Assembly: GCF_009914755.1 (NCBI RefSeq)
Contig: NC_060925.1
Direction: 5' to 3' (one strand)
Length of the DNA: 64,000 bases
Source of the DNA: the human T2T-CHM13v2.0 reference genome, Homo sapiens
The position numbers and the translations under genes are program-made. Under the pieces are notes generated by a model. That model saw nothing but the letters and a program-made list of their open reading frames with translations, did not search any database and was not told the origin of the DNA. Positions 16,793 through 33,280 of the stretch are shown piece after piece (position 1 is the stretch's first letter; each line of letters opens with the position of its first letter).

Positions 16793-17010
16793 CAGGAGTT
16801 TGCAAACTTTCTGTAAGGGACCAAATAGTAATAGGTTTTGTGGACCGTAAAGTCTCTCTTACAACTACTCAACTCCACCATTGTCAGCTCAAGGACAGTC
16901 ATAAACAACACATAAATAAAGTGTTGCTATGTTCCAATAAAACTTTATTTACCTACCTTGAAATTTGAATTTTATGCCATTTTCATATTGTGAGTATTGT
17001 CAACCCTCAA
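16793..17010 (+). mobile_element. MER58-like hAT-Charlie element
   Basis: CAGGAGTTTGCAAACTTTCTGTAAGGGACCAAATAGTA...CTATGTTCCAATAAAACTTTATTTA. Confidence 0.75.
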
Positions 17011-20000
17011 TTTAAACCATGATGCTGTACTGCTTTCCACTTGAACTACTGACATTTTCTATTCATGTGTCCCCAAACACCAAAATGTTAAGTACTTTCT
17101 ATAAAATATTTATCTTCTTGCTGTAAAATTGTATATTCCTTTTACAGTTATTCATATATGATACACAATGGCACGTAAGTACTCAGTAAGTATCTGTTGA
17201 ATTGAATTGAAATAACTGAATTGAATTACTGGCCTATGGTTGAGACACACATTTCATTCCGGATCCTCTTCTAACTATTTTATATTAATAATTACTGGGT
17301 AACTTCTCCACTGTTGTTGTTCTTTATATATCATAGTTATTATCCTCCATAATAATAGGTTTAATGATTTCATAACATTTGTCTCCCTCCCTGTGAGATT
17401 TCCTTGTTACACCGTCTTGAACAGTTTGCAAAGCTTGCTATGATGTTCTTCTAGTTTATATTAAAATATTGAGGGCATGTTATATACCAGGCACATCACA
17501 GGTGCTGATGATTCAATGGCCAATAAGTCAGATTACCTGCCTTTGAAAAGCTCATAACCTAGGAGAGAAGTGAGAGAAATAAATATGCCAGTATAGTGCA
17601 GTGATATCAGTGTTATGATGGAGGCCGGTACAAGGGGTTATGGGACCATTTAGAAAGCTCCTAGCTTAGGGGAATCATGTTAAATTGACCCTTCCCAAAA
17701 GCCTTGCATGTTGGTATTGTAAGCCACAACCTAAGGAGGACAGGGGTGAGGGAAATCATTGAAATTGTCTTCGGGTGTTTCTATTCACTTTCCAAATCCT
17801 CCTTTCTTTACCAATTTCATAACTTTTAAATGTAAAAAGCTAAAAAAAATTACCTGTGCCCCGGTCCCTTTAATTTCATGCAAGAATCCACATATATCAG
17901 AGGCACATTTTTGTTTATTTTGGCTGCATCATTCATTCTGACATGATTCAGAAAGATAGGCAGCTGGTTTGGATCCCCCTGTGAGTTCCCACTCAAATAT
18001 TGGTTATCTGCTCTGGGAAGAGAGCAGAACTTGCAGTGGCATTGTCAGGTCTACAGCCCAGATCAGCGTACATGGCCTCTGGATCTTCCCATTGCCTGTG
18101 AATCTTTCCCAATTTGAGTCCTGGTTTGTGGCTTCCTCCTTTTTTTGTTTATGCTATGGTGTTAGCTAGGCTGCATTTCGCCTCATGTAGACCATTTTTA
18201 AAAATCAATGGCTGATAATACTGTTATCTGTGGTTATACAGCTGATACCAGCATTAAGGACCAAGGTGTCTGTACTAGTGTTTGTATTGCAGGAGGTGGA
18301 GAGCGAACAATACCATGAAAAGCAACAAGTTCCTGTGTGCTGCTATATTTGGATAAGAGAGGAAGAATGAGATGGAGGGACTTGTTACATACACTACCCT
18401 TAGATAATTTCCCCTTTTAATAGTCAAAATTATTGTGTGAATATTTCACATATTGACTGTGCCTTTCCTCTGAGAAGCTGGAGAACAAAGCTCCTTCCAC
18501 AATCCCCTCTGTGCTTTGATTCCAGAGGCCATCTCTTAGTATCACCATCTCTTTGAGGGGCAAACCTCCAAAAGATAGACTGTCCAATAGAAGAGTAAAC
18601 CTGATAAAAATTCTCTTGTCCTTTGTACTAGAAAATAATTTTAGCATCACACTCTGTCCATCTGGACATCATTAATATTGTCAACCACTCCCTCCAATAG
18701 CCTTTAATGTCTAAATAATTACTCCCTGTGGCCACAATCCGACATGATGTCACTCCCCTCCTGATTTGCATTTCATAGATAACAGACAGCTTGGGAATTA
18801 CAGGAGCCTTTGTGAGCTGTGCTGAAAGCCTAACACTCCCACCATCACCTCAATCACATGATGTCCCCTCCTCTAAATCTGTCACCTAAATCTCTAAAAC
18901 TGCACAACCTTCCCCCACTCAATTACCCTGTTCCTTCTGTTACACTATCATTGGCTCTGTCTATACGGAGCTCAACATCCTGACTGATAACTGGAAACAA
19001 AGTTGACTAATCAAGACATTTCAGTGCTTTGCTTAACGTGAATATCCTTGACTGGAATTTTGGCTTTTCATTGCTGAGTGTGAAAATCACCCCTGCCCCC
19101 ACCCCAGTATATTAATCACTTTTCCATTTTGTAGCCTCTCCCCTTCATATAGCTGCCCTCCCTGGGTAAGCCTAATGCCCAGGCATTAGTGCCAAGTTTG
19201 CTTCCCTAGGTCTCCTCAGGATTTCTCTTCCCAGTCATTCTTTTAAACCTTCCCCTCCGGCCTCCCCCAACCCCCCCACCCCCCATATAACCCAGACCTG
19301 GACAAGCAGAAATGCTTTTCATGGAGCCAGGTAAGAATCAGGCCAAGGTGTGGGCTATGAAGAAATAGAATGTTGTTCTTTTTTAAAAAATTTACTGGTT
19401 TTTATGTTTTACCTTTCTTTACATTTTTTTGTATTTAATTTCTCCTTTTCTTTCCCATCACCACTCAATTCCCCTTCTTGCTGTCCTCTTAACCACCTCT
19501 TGGCTTCCTTATTCCCAGTTCGTTATTTTTCTTTTCCGTGTTTAGGTTTGGTCTTTGTCTACACAATACCAAACATCTGGATCTATAGTAAAAACGTGCT
19601 GTCAAATACTCAGATGTTTGGAAATATCTGGGTATTTTGGCACTTAACAGCAGCAACAGCTGGATAATGGAATTAATTTTTCACTTTTCAGTCATCTCTT
19701 GACATGGGATGGACAGAGTCTTATCAGCCACAATCTAAACACGGGCCATTATCTGCTAGCAATTCTTTTATCCTCTCACATGGGAAATTATTTCTGTCAA
19801 TCACTTTATTGTCAAAGAAAAGAGGAAGGAATGTGTGTCTTCCTGGGCCCGCAGTACATCCGCCCTCTCTGCCTCAGCTCTTTTCTTACTGAAAGAGCTC
19901 CCAGGAACTGACAATTTCTTTAGCCTTTCCCACCCCAGAGGCAAGGAGAAAGAACAAGGCATATGAAACAGTTTTCTCCATTGAAGTCTGGAGAATTTGA

Positions 20001-20189
20001 CAAGAACTTGTTTCTTATTAGAAACGCTCTGTCTGGTTTGAGATCTTGTTTTCCCCTCATTCTCTCCTATAGTCTTTGTTGCTCTATTTATAACAGCAAA
20101 CAAAATAACGGCAATTTATTATTCCTGTCCACTGCTGTCCACAAAGGGCCGGCGTTATCTGTTGGTGTTTTTCTCAGGTAGCTCAGACT

Positions 20190-21030
20190 AACACTGCTGC
20201 GCCCCACTGGGGCCTTCGGTGGAGGGACGCTCTCCCGAGACTGCCGCAGACAGCGAGGTGTCATCATTATCGCCGGTTACGTCCGACAGCCTCCGAGTGA
20301 CTTCCAAGGTCCCGTGGCCGCGATCCCACCTGCGGCGTCCGCGTCCGCCCGCTCTCCCTGAGGTCTGCACCCTGAGAGGAGGGGCGAGCGAGCCAACTTG
20401 GGGCAGGGATCACCGTGTCCACAGGCGCCCACTGGTGTGGCGTCCTGAGAGTGCGTGCGTGAGCGAGCGAGCGGCTTATCCTAGACTGAAGACCCAGGGA
20501 AACAGATCTGTGTGGAGGATGTTTCTGTTTTCAGCAGAACAGACGCAGCCCCCGAGTCAGTGCCGTCAGAAGACACGTCAGTCAATTCAGTGGAAAACAC
20601 TTCCAGTGTGAGGCGTTCGCCGGCGCCCCTTAGACGCGGCCGGGTCTGAGGCGCCTGCCGAGCGAGGTGGCGCGGCCCGGGAGCTGTGGTCGAAGCCCCT
20701 GGGCCTGGCGTGTAGGCTGCGCGGGCGGCGGCGGGCTGGGGGCGGGGCTCTCCGCCCTCCGCGCGGGCCCGCCTGGCCCCTCCCCCGCCCACCCCGCGCC
20801 CGTCCCGCCTCCCCCACCTTCTCCCAGAGGAGGTGACAGACGGGCCTGTAATTTGGTTCCATTCGCTCGACTGGAGCAACACCTGCCCCCCTCCCCTGGG
20901 ACGCGAGGGTCTCATCCCAAACCAGACAAGAAGCCAAAGACAAATCCCAGCCCACATGCAGATCCGACGCGGAAAGGAGCGCGGCCTGCGAGGCAGACGC
21001 TGCCCACCACACACCGAGCCCATCCAGGGA
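20190..21030. promoter_or_regulatory. Orphan CpG island with GC boxes
   Basis: High GC and dense CpG; GGGGCGGGGC at ~20739-20748; no recognisable coding sequence or repeat. Confidence 0.8.
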
Positions 21031-21809
21031 CACCCGAACTTCACATTAAACATCACCCACAACTTTCAGTCTCAGATTTACACTTTTTTAAAAAATCAAG
21101 AGTTAGCTACTATTGCAGCAAGTGATAGTTTCTTCCACTCACACCACCTCACAATAACACCAAGTGCCTGGCGTTAGGCTGTGTTGACAGCGAGGTTAGG
21201 AACCAGAGCCAGGTATAAAGAACAGGGCGATGGAGGTGTGCGGCTGCGTAGACGTCTGCCGGCCGAAGATGGGTGTGCGACCCCGGAGGGGATCACTTTC
21301 TTTGTGTAAGGCCTTTAGTGCCCATATCTAGCCTAAATTAAGAAGGACACTCATTTCCTTCTCCATTTAGTGGGCGTTGTGCAAGGGCACTAACCACTAA
21401 GCCTTTCTGAATATTTCCCAAAGTCTAAGCATCCTCGTCAGGATCCTCTGGTGAGAGTGACTCATCGGGATCTCCTCCCCCAGGCTTGATCCAGAGCTTA
21501 TATAAGGCATGATGTCAGCACAGAGCCTTCTCCAGACACACGCAGAACCAGCCCACACGGAGGCCTCCCTCACCTGCTGCTTTGCAGTCCCTTTGAAGTT
21601 TCGGACTCTCCGAGTGGCACCAGAGGACAAGTCCACTGAGCAGGGCCCATTTCTAGTCCAGGGCCTACGCCGCTTAAGGGAAAACCTGTTCTCACTTTCA
21701 GTTGCTGTCGTGTATTTTTATTTATTTTCACAACAAAGGAAACGTATTTTTTTTCCTTTTATCAAAGTATTTGCTTTTTAATTGTATTGCCCTAAAGACT
21801 CATTTTCCC

Positions 21810-28110
<6,301 letters not shown>

Positions 28111-28384
28111 AATCCACAATTCAAGTAATATTTTATATAAACACTATACTTCTTTTCCTCATTGTAGAATGATCTATGTCACCATCATATGTAGGGCATC
28201 TATTTATGGGACTGATCCACGTCCAAATTTGAGCATCAAATATTTCACTACATAAATATGTTTATGTTAAGATTTTGTTGTGCTTACCAGTTCCTTTCTA
28301 AGGAATTGAGTCCATTAAGATATTTCATGCTCAGCTAACATGTCCATTATTTTTAGACAGTGTGCTTAAAATAAAAGAGAGGAC

Positions 28385-28403
28385 TTTATTTGATACCTTT
28401 ATT
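28385..28403 (-). terminator. NHLH2: NHLH2 distal polyadenylation signals (two AATAAA)
   Basis: TTTATT on + strand at 28385-28390 and 28398-28403, at the end of a repeat-free AU-rich 3'UTR. Confidence 0.75.
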
Positions 28404-29699
28404 TATATGCAAAACAGCGCACCATTCATGAGATATGAAAAACTCGTCAGATAGAAACCAGATTATATCTATTTTCACTACAAAATATTGCATTATATAA
28501 AGCAACAGAGACACAAAAAAACCCTGAAAAAGACTAAAATCTTTGGATAGCAGATGTGGTTTTTTTCCCTTGTCTCTAAAATACACTCCTTGTTTTAAGA
28601 GTTTCACAGCAGAGAACATGAAACATTTTCAGGTTATAGACTTTTCTTTTTGGTGTCACAGAGGAAAGTAGTTCTGAATTCTTTTTTTCTTTTTTTTTTA
28701 GGAAAATAACTTAATTTGCTAAATTCATCACACGCACAAACATCACACACACAAAGAAGCTACTCTCCTTATAAACAGCTTGTAAAGGACTTCTCAGACA
28801 TAACTACAGATAAGAATAATACACTTTTTAAAAAACTATAATAGTGAAGTGCTAGTGTTGCTGATCTCACAACAAAAGAACCTTTCAAGAACAAACATCT
28901 TAATATATAAAATATGTTTAGAAACAGGGAGAAGTGGGAAATTTGTTATACAAGTGCAATATAATTAGAGCAGAAAGAAAGACCACAGTATAATCTCAAC
29001 AAACACGTAAAAAGTTAGACATAATTATTCCACAGGAAAAAGTGTAAACACTTGACTATAAATAAATTGGCACAGAGTATCCAAAGTAAAAGTATCACCA
29101 CTCTGAAAAATAAATGTCTTGAAAAAAATACTCTACTCCTTCTAACATAAATAAAAATAGGTTGTCTTTTTCTAACTGCACCTATGGGTCCACATGTTTA
29201 AGGTCACAAATAGATGTTTTTGGATATATAAAGGGGCACTTCGCCTGCAAAAGTAATCAGATATTAAAGTTTCCATTTAAATATGGATTTTCCTGTCTAC
29301 CTTGGTGTCATATCTTGGGGATAAAATATCACCAAGCTCAGATCCTCCCACAGTGTGTCTACTTGTTCTCAATTTGTCTTTTTAAACTTACTAAATATTC
29401 AGGGTTTATTTGGATTCTAATATAATCTTTATTTTCACAACAGAAAGGAAAGTTTCCAGTCGCACCTTTCTGTGCCTTCCATCTCTATGGGAGAGATCCC
29501 TCCTCTCTCCTCCTTCCCAGTGTTTGGTGATTTGTCCATTAGAAAAATTCCAGATAGCTTAAAGTTATGAGCCTGCATACTCTGAACTTCTGCCCTCATT
29601 CTTTCAACACATTAAGATTTGTGGCGGATGAATGTAGGAGAACTCAAAGTCTCCAGTGGGTTAAAACCACAACCCTTGGGGAGCCCCAGAAGTGGCTCA

Positions 29700-31810
29700 T
29701 CTCGGGTGTCTCCACGAGGTTCTCCTGGCCTGGAAAATCCCCCCTGCGAGCCCCCCGGCTCGCCAGACAACCCCACCTGCCTGCGTCGGAAACCTTCCCT
29801 CGTCGCCCTGCTGACCAGAGAGAACAGGTAGCGAGCTTCTTCCCCGGCCGTCTCTCGAGGCGGCCGTCTCGCTGGGCCACCGCAGCCTCCGCCACCCGAG
29901 CGACGGCGCCCGTCCGGATCCGTAGCGTTTCGCGGACGCCGGGACAGGCGGCCCCCCGCGGCGCACCCCGCCCTACACGTCCAGGACGTGGTTGAGATAG
30001 GAGATGTAGCAGATGGCCAGGCGCAGGATCTCGATCTTGGAGAGCTTCTTGTCCGGGGGCAGCGTGGGCAGCAATTTGCGGAGCTCGGCGAAGGCCAAGT
30101 TGAAGGCTTCCACGCGGATGCGCTCGCGGGTGGCGTGGGCCGAGCGGTACTTGGCCGTGGCGCGCCGGCGGCGGCGCTTCTCCTCGCGGCTCAGCTGCTG
30201 CGGGTGCGGGTAGAGCGCGGCTCGGCTGCCGCCCTTGCCGTCGCCCTCGGCCTCCTCCACCGGCTCCAGGTCCGACACGCTGCCGAGCACCTTGGTGTCC
30301 GTGCCGCCCAGGGACTCCGGATCCGAGTGCGCCGAGCTGGGATGGTCCGAATCTGCTGCTTGGTCCGGACTCAGCATCATTTTGGAGGCTGAGGAGGGGT
30401 CGGAAAATTAATCAGTAAAAGGAATCAGGGTATTTTGCTGGAAGGATGGCTGCCGAGGCCTACCACGCCGGTCCTCCCAGCGGACGCGCGGCCCGGGCCC
30501 CCTCCCCACAGCAGGCCGGCGCGCGACGCGGGAGGGCGCCGATAGGATCTGGCCCGAGGGCGCGAGCCCTGCGCCTCGCCCTGGCGCGGGAGCCGGCGGG
30601 GACGCGGTTGACCCAGGCCGCATACTAGACTGGACACCTCGACTTGCAGACGGCCACAGCGGGCCTGTGGCCCTGGGCCTGGGGAACAACCGCAGGCCTG
30701 TGGGGTCGCGACTGGGTTTTTGTGCCTCTTCCGGCCAAATGCCAACCGCGCTATTCCTCCTCCCTCCCTTCGTCCCCTTCCCGGACAAACGAGCGATTTC
30801 GAACAACGAATACATCTGGGTTTTCACGGGGGCGGGGAGACGCGGGGTGCACTTCTCGCCCCGAGGGCCTCCGGCGAAGCAACCCGGCAGCCGCGGCGCC
30901 CGAGGGCCTGGCGCTGGTCTGGGGCTGCGCCGGGGGCGCCTGGCTCTGGGGTGCGGCCGGTCAGGAATCCCCATCCTGGAGCGCAGGCGGAGAGCCAGTG
31001 GCTGGGGGCGGGAAGGCTTCTTGGACCCCTCGCGCTTCTCCGAAATCGTAAAGAAATGACTAAACAAACGTGGGGGAGCCTTTAAAAAGAAAATTGACTC
31101 CGATGCCCTCGCAGGCTCCCGGAGCACCATCTGTCACGCAGACAGCCACACACATAGGGGACCTAGGGACACGGCGACGTGGGATCAGACAATGCGCCCG
31201 GCAGTCTGGCGACCACCTTGCGGGAAAATGCCGGCAGCCGGGCCGCTGAGGGAGGAGAGGATGCAGAGGGAAGGGAAGAGAAGGGAAGGGCCCGGGGCGG
31301 GGCAGGCGGGGACTAGCGGGTGCAGCGCGTGTTGTCCCGGCGGGAGCTGCATCTCTGCCGGCAAAGTTCGGGCGCTCCCGGAACCGGAGCTCGGCAGGCT
31401 GCAGCTGTCCCCGGGTGGCCTGGCCAAGTCCGGGCATGTCGGTGCTTAGCCTTCCTCTAACTTAACTGTGCCCTCTTGGAAACGCCACCTGGCCAGGCTT
31501 CTCTGGGGCGCCTGGAGCACTGGCCCGGACTGTGCGCCTTCTGGGAGGGGGCCGCTCAGAACCGCTGGGCTTCCGGGTAATTCGGGCTTCGAGAAAGGGC
31601 CCGGCAGGAGGAGAAAGGCCCCTGCAGGGGCTGCACGCACCGCCCCTGGGCGTCGGGAGTGAGGACCAGGCTGAGAACTCGGGGCCCCGGCGTGGGCAGC
31701 CTCCACGACGCTCGGCACGGGAGAAATCCGCGTCGGCGACGTATAGGAGCGTTTGCTTCTAGAGAAACAAAAGCAAGGGGATGGGTGATCGGTTCCCAGC
31801 ACCGCACTTG
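29700..31810. promoter_or_regulatory. NHLH2: NHLH2 gene-body CpG island
   Basis: Dense CpG over the proximal 3'UTR, CDS and intron; G-rich tracts at ~31268-31320. Confidence 0.88.
29973..30380 (-). CDS. NHLH2: Nescient helix-loop-helix 2 (NSCL-2/HEN2), neuronal bHLH transcription factor, 135 aa
   Basis: [16 protein letters not shown]...[67 protein letters not shown] is the recognisable NHLH bHLH; intact ORF; A at -3 of the ATG. Confidence 0.99.
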
Positions 31811-32223
31811 CAGAGGAGCGAATTGGGCCAAAACAGCTTTAATTTCCCTGCGAGGAAATCAGGTCCTCTACGGCAAAATAAAAACAAATGCTCCCAGTGA
31901 GCTGCATGTGACTCCCTACGGGCTTTTCTCGGGTACGTTTATGAGTAGAACAACTTGCACCTACACAGTCAGCTTGAAAGGGCAGAAATAAATAGACGAG
32001 TAATGGAAAATCACAATAAGCCACTAAATAGTTGTAGTTCTGGTAAAAAGTTCCTGGGTTGCCCTCAAAGCACATTAAATTCTCCTCTAGATCTTTAAAA
32101 ATATTCATAAATAGTATGCCGTGTATGCGTTTTATCTCTTTATGGAATGAACTGCATCTATAGACACAGTATGAATAATCTAACTTATTTCAAGCTGAAA
32201 AAAATTATTTAAAGGAGTCTTAC

Positions 32224-32552
32224 CTTGCAAAAGCCTTTTTGATAATCTGTTCTCCAATCTTTAGAGTTAAAATTCCAAGGAATAGCGAGGGGAGATTCCG
32301 GAAAATATTAAAAGCAGCAAATATTTATTACATTCAAAAATGAAAAAGCAGCTGTCATCTCGCTGGTGTCCGCAGCGAGGGACAATAATATCTCAGGATG
32401 TAGACGATATGAATGATTGTTCACTTAGTTGATAGATTTTTTAAAAAACGCTTTTTCCTTTTAATTGTTCTCAAACATTGCAAGAAATTCGTTGATGATT
32501 TTTTTAAACGATGTGTTGAAAAGTCTCGTGCCTTTTTTCCTCTTCTAGGTCT
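32224..32552 (-). other. NHLH2: NHLH2 non-coding 5'UTR exon (inferred exon 2)
   Basis: Donor AAG|GTAAGA (intron starts 32223); strong acceptor ctcttttgttatttttAG (AG at 32554-32553). Confidence 0.65.
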
Positions 32553-32955
32553 CTAAAAATAACAAAAGAGATGCAGAGATAAACACAATCACATCAAAGG
32601 GCTGATTCCTCCACTTTCTAATAGCGGAATAATCAATAAGAAAGATGGTTAAGATAAGATTCCGCTCCTATCGTATGCCTTTCTTTCCCTTAATACGGCT
32701 GAGCAGAAACTGGGAAGTGCAGGACAGAGATGTGATCTTGCTCAGAAGTGATTTTTTTTTTTTTTTTGAGATAAGGCTTTGTTCAGCTGATATCTCCCCA
32801 GTTCCCAGGAACACAATACTGTAACTAGGAGCTAAGGTTGCCTCTTCCTCTTCCCTCACTTACTTGTATGTTGTATAAATAGACACCTATTTTCCAGTTT
32901 CAAAGTCTTTCAAGGTTTGGCTATATCCCCCGTCCCCAGCCCCTCTTCTCTTTAC

Positions 32956-33130
32956 CTTGTAGCAAAATATATATAGTCAGTGGCTTGGAGATGCTTGGAG
33001 AAAGGTTGGTGAAAAGTGAACGTCTCCTGGAGTAACAGTGACAAGGAAGCAGAGAAAGACGGGAAGAGGGTGGGAGAGCCAGAGCAAAGAGGCAGAGATG
33101 CGTGTGTGGCTTCTGGGCTCTCCTGGTACC
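32956..33130 (-). other. NHLH2: NHLH2 non-coding first exon (inferred; TSS approximate)
   Basis: Donor AAG|GTAAAG (intron starts 32955); promoter motif cluster immediately upstream. Confidence 0.5.
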
Positions 33131-33189
33131 AATTGATTCAGCCTGGAGATGGTGGAAGAGATAAAGGCTTAGGAAGGGGGATGGAATTT

Positions 33190-33280
33190 TTTTCCCCTAA
33201 ATTGATATTTAATGGGAAATCCTATTGGACAGAAACCTGGACATGAGTCACTTAATTGGACTTGACATCTGTCACAGTGT
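33190..33280 (-). promoter_or_regulatory. NHLH2: NHLH2 proximal promoter motif cluster
   Basis: Two CCAAT boxes on the minus strand (33224-33228, 33255-33259), AP-1 TGAGTCA 33244-33250, homeodomain TAATTG 33253-33258, TGACATCTGTCA 33263-33274. Confidence 0.55.

Larger units (their letters stand above)
28377..30388 (-). other. NHLH2: NHLH2 terminal exon (8-nt 5'UTR, CDS, ~1.6 kb 3'UTR)
   Basis: Acceptor ...ttttccgacccctcctcAG|CCTCCAAAATG (AG at 30390-30389); branch-point-like TACTGAT at 30417-30411; 3' end inferred from the polyA signals. Confidence 0.8.

Noticed and set aside
20188-21177. ORFs of 114-193 aa in the orphan CpG island
   Set aside because: Same GC artefact; no homology recognised
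29471-29478. miR-124 seed match GTGCCTT in the NHLH2 3'UTR region
   Set aside because: It is on the + strand, antisense to the mRNA
29988-30392. 134-aa antisense ORF mirroring NHLH2
   Set aside because: Expected shadow of a GC-rich CDS; non-ATG start; no recognisable domain
30408-31991. Long Pro/Arg/Gly-rich ORFs (up to 240 aa) in the NHLH2 intron
   Set aside because: Stop-codon scarcity in a CpG island; overlapping in many frames; low complexity
31400-32380. REST/NRSE and STAT3 sites near NHLH2
   Set aside because: Only half-sites or off-spacing matches are visible; cannot be supported without a PWM scan or ChIP data
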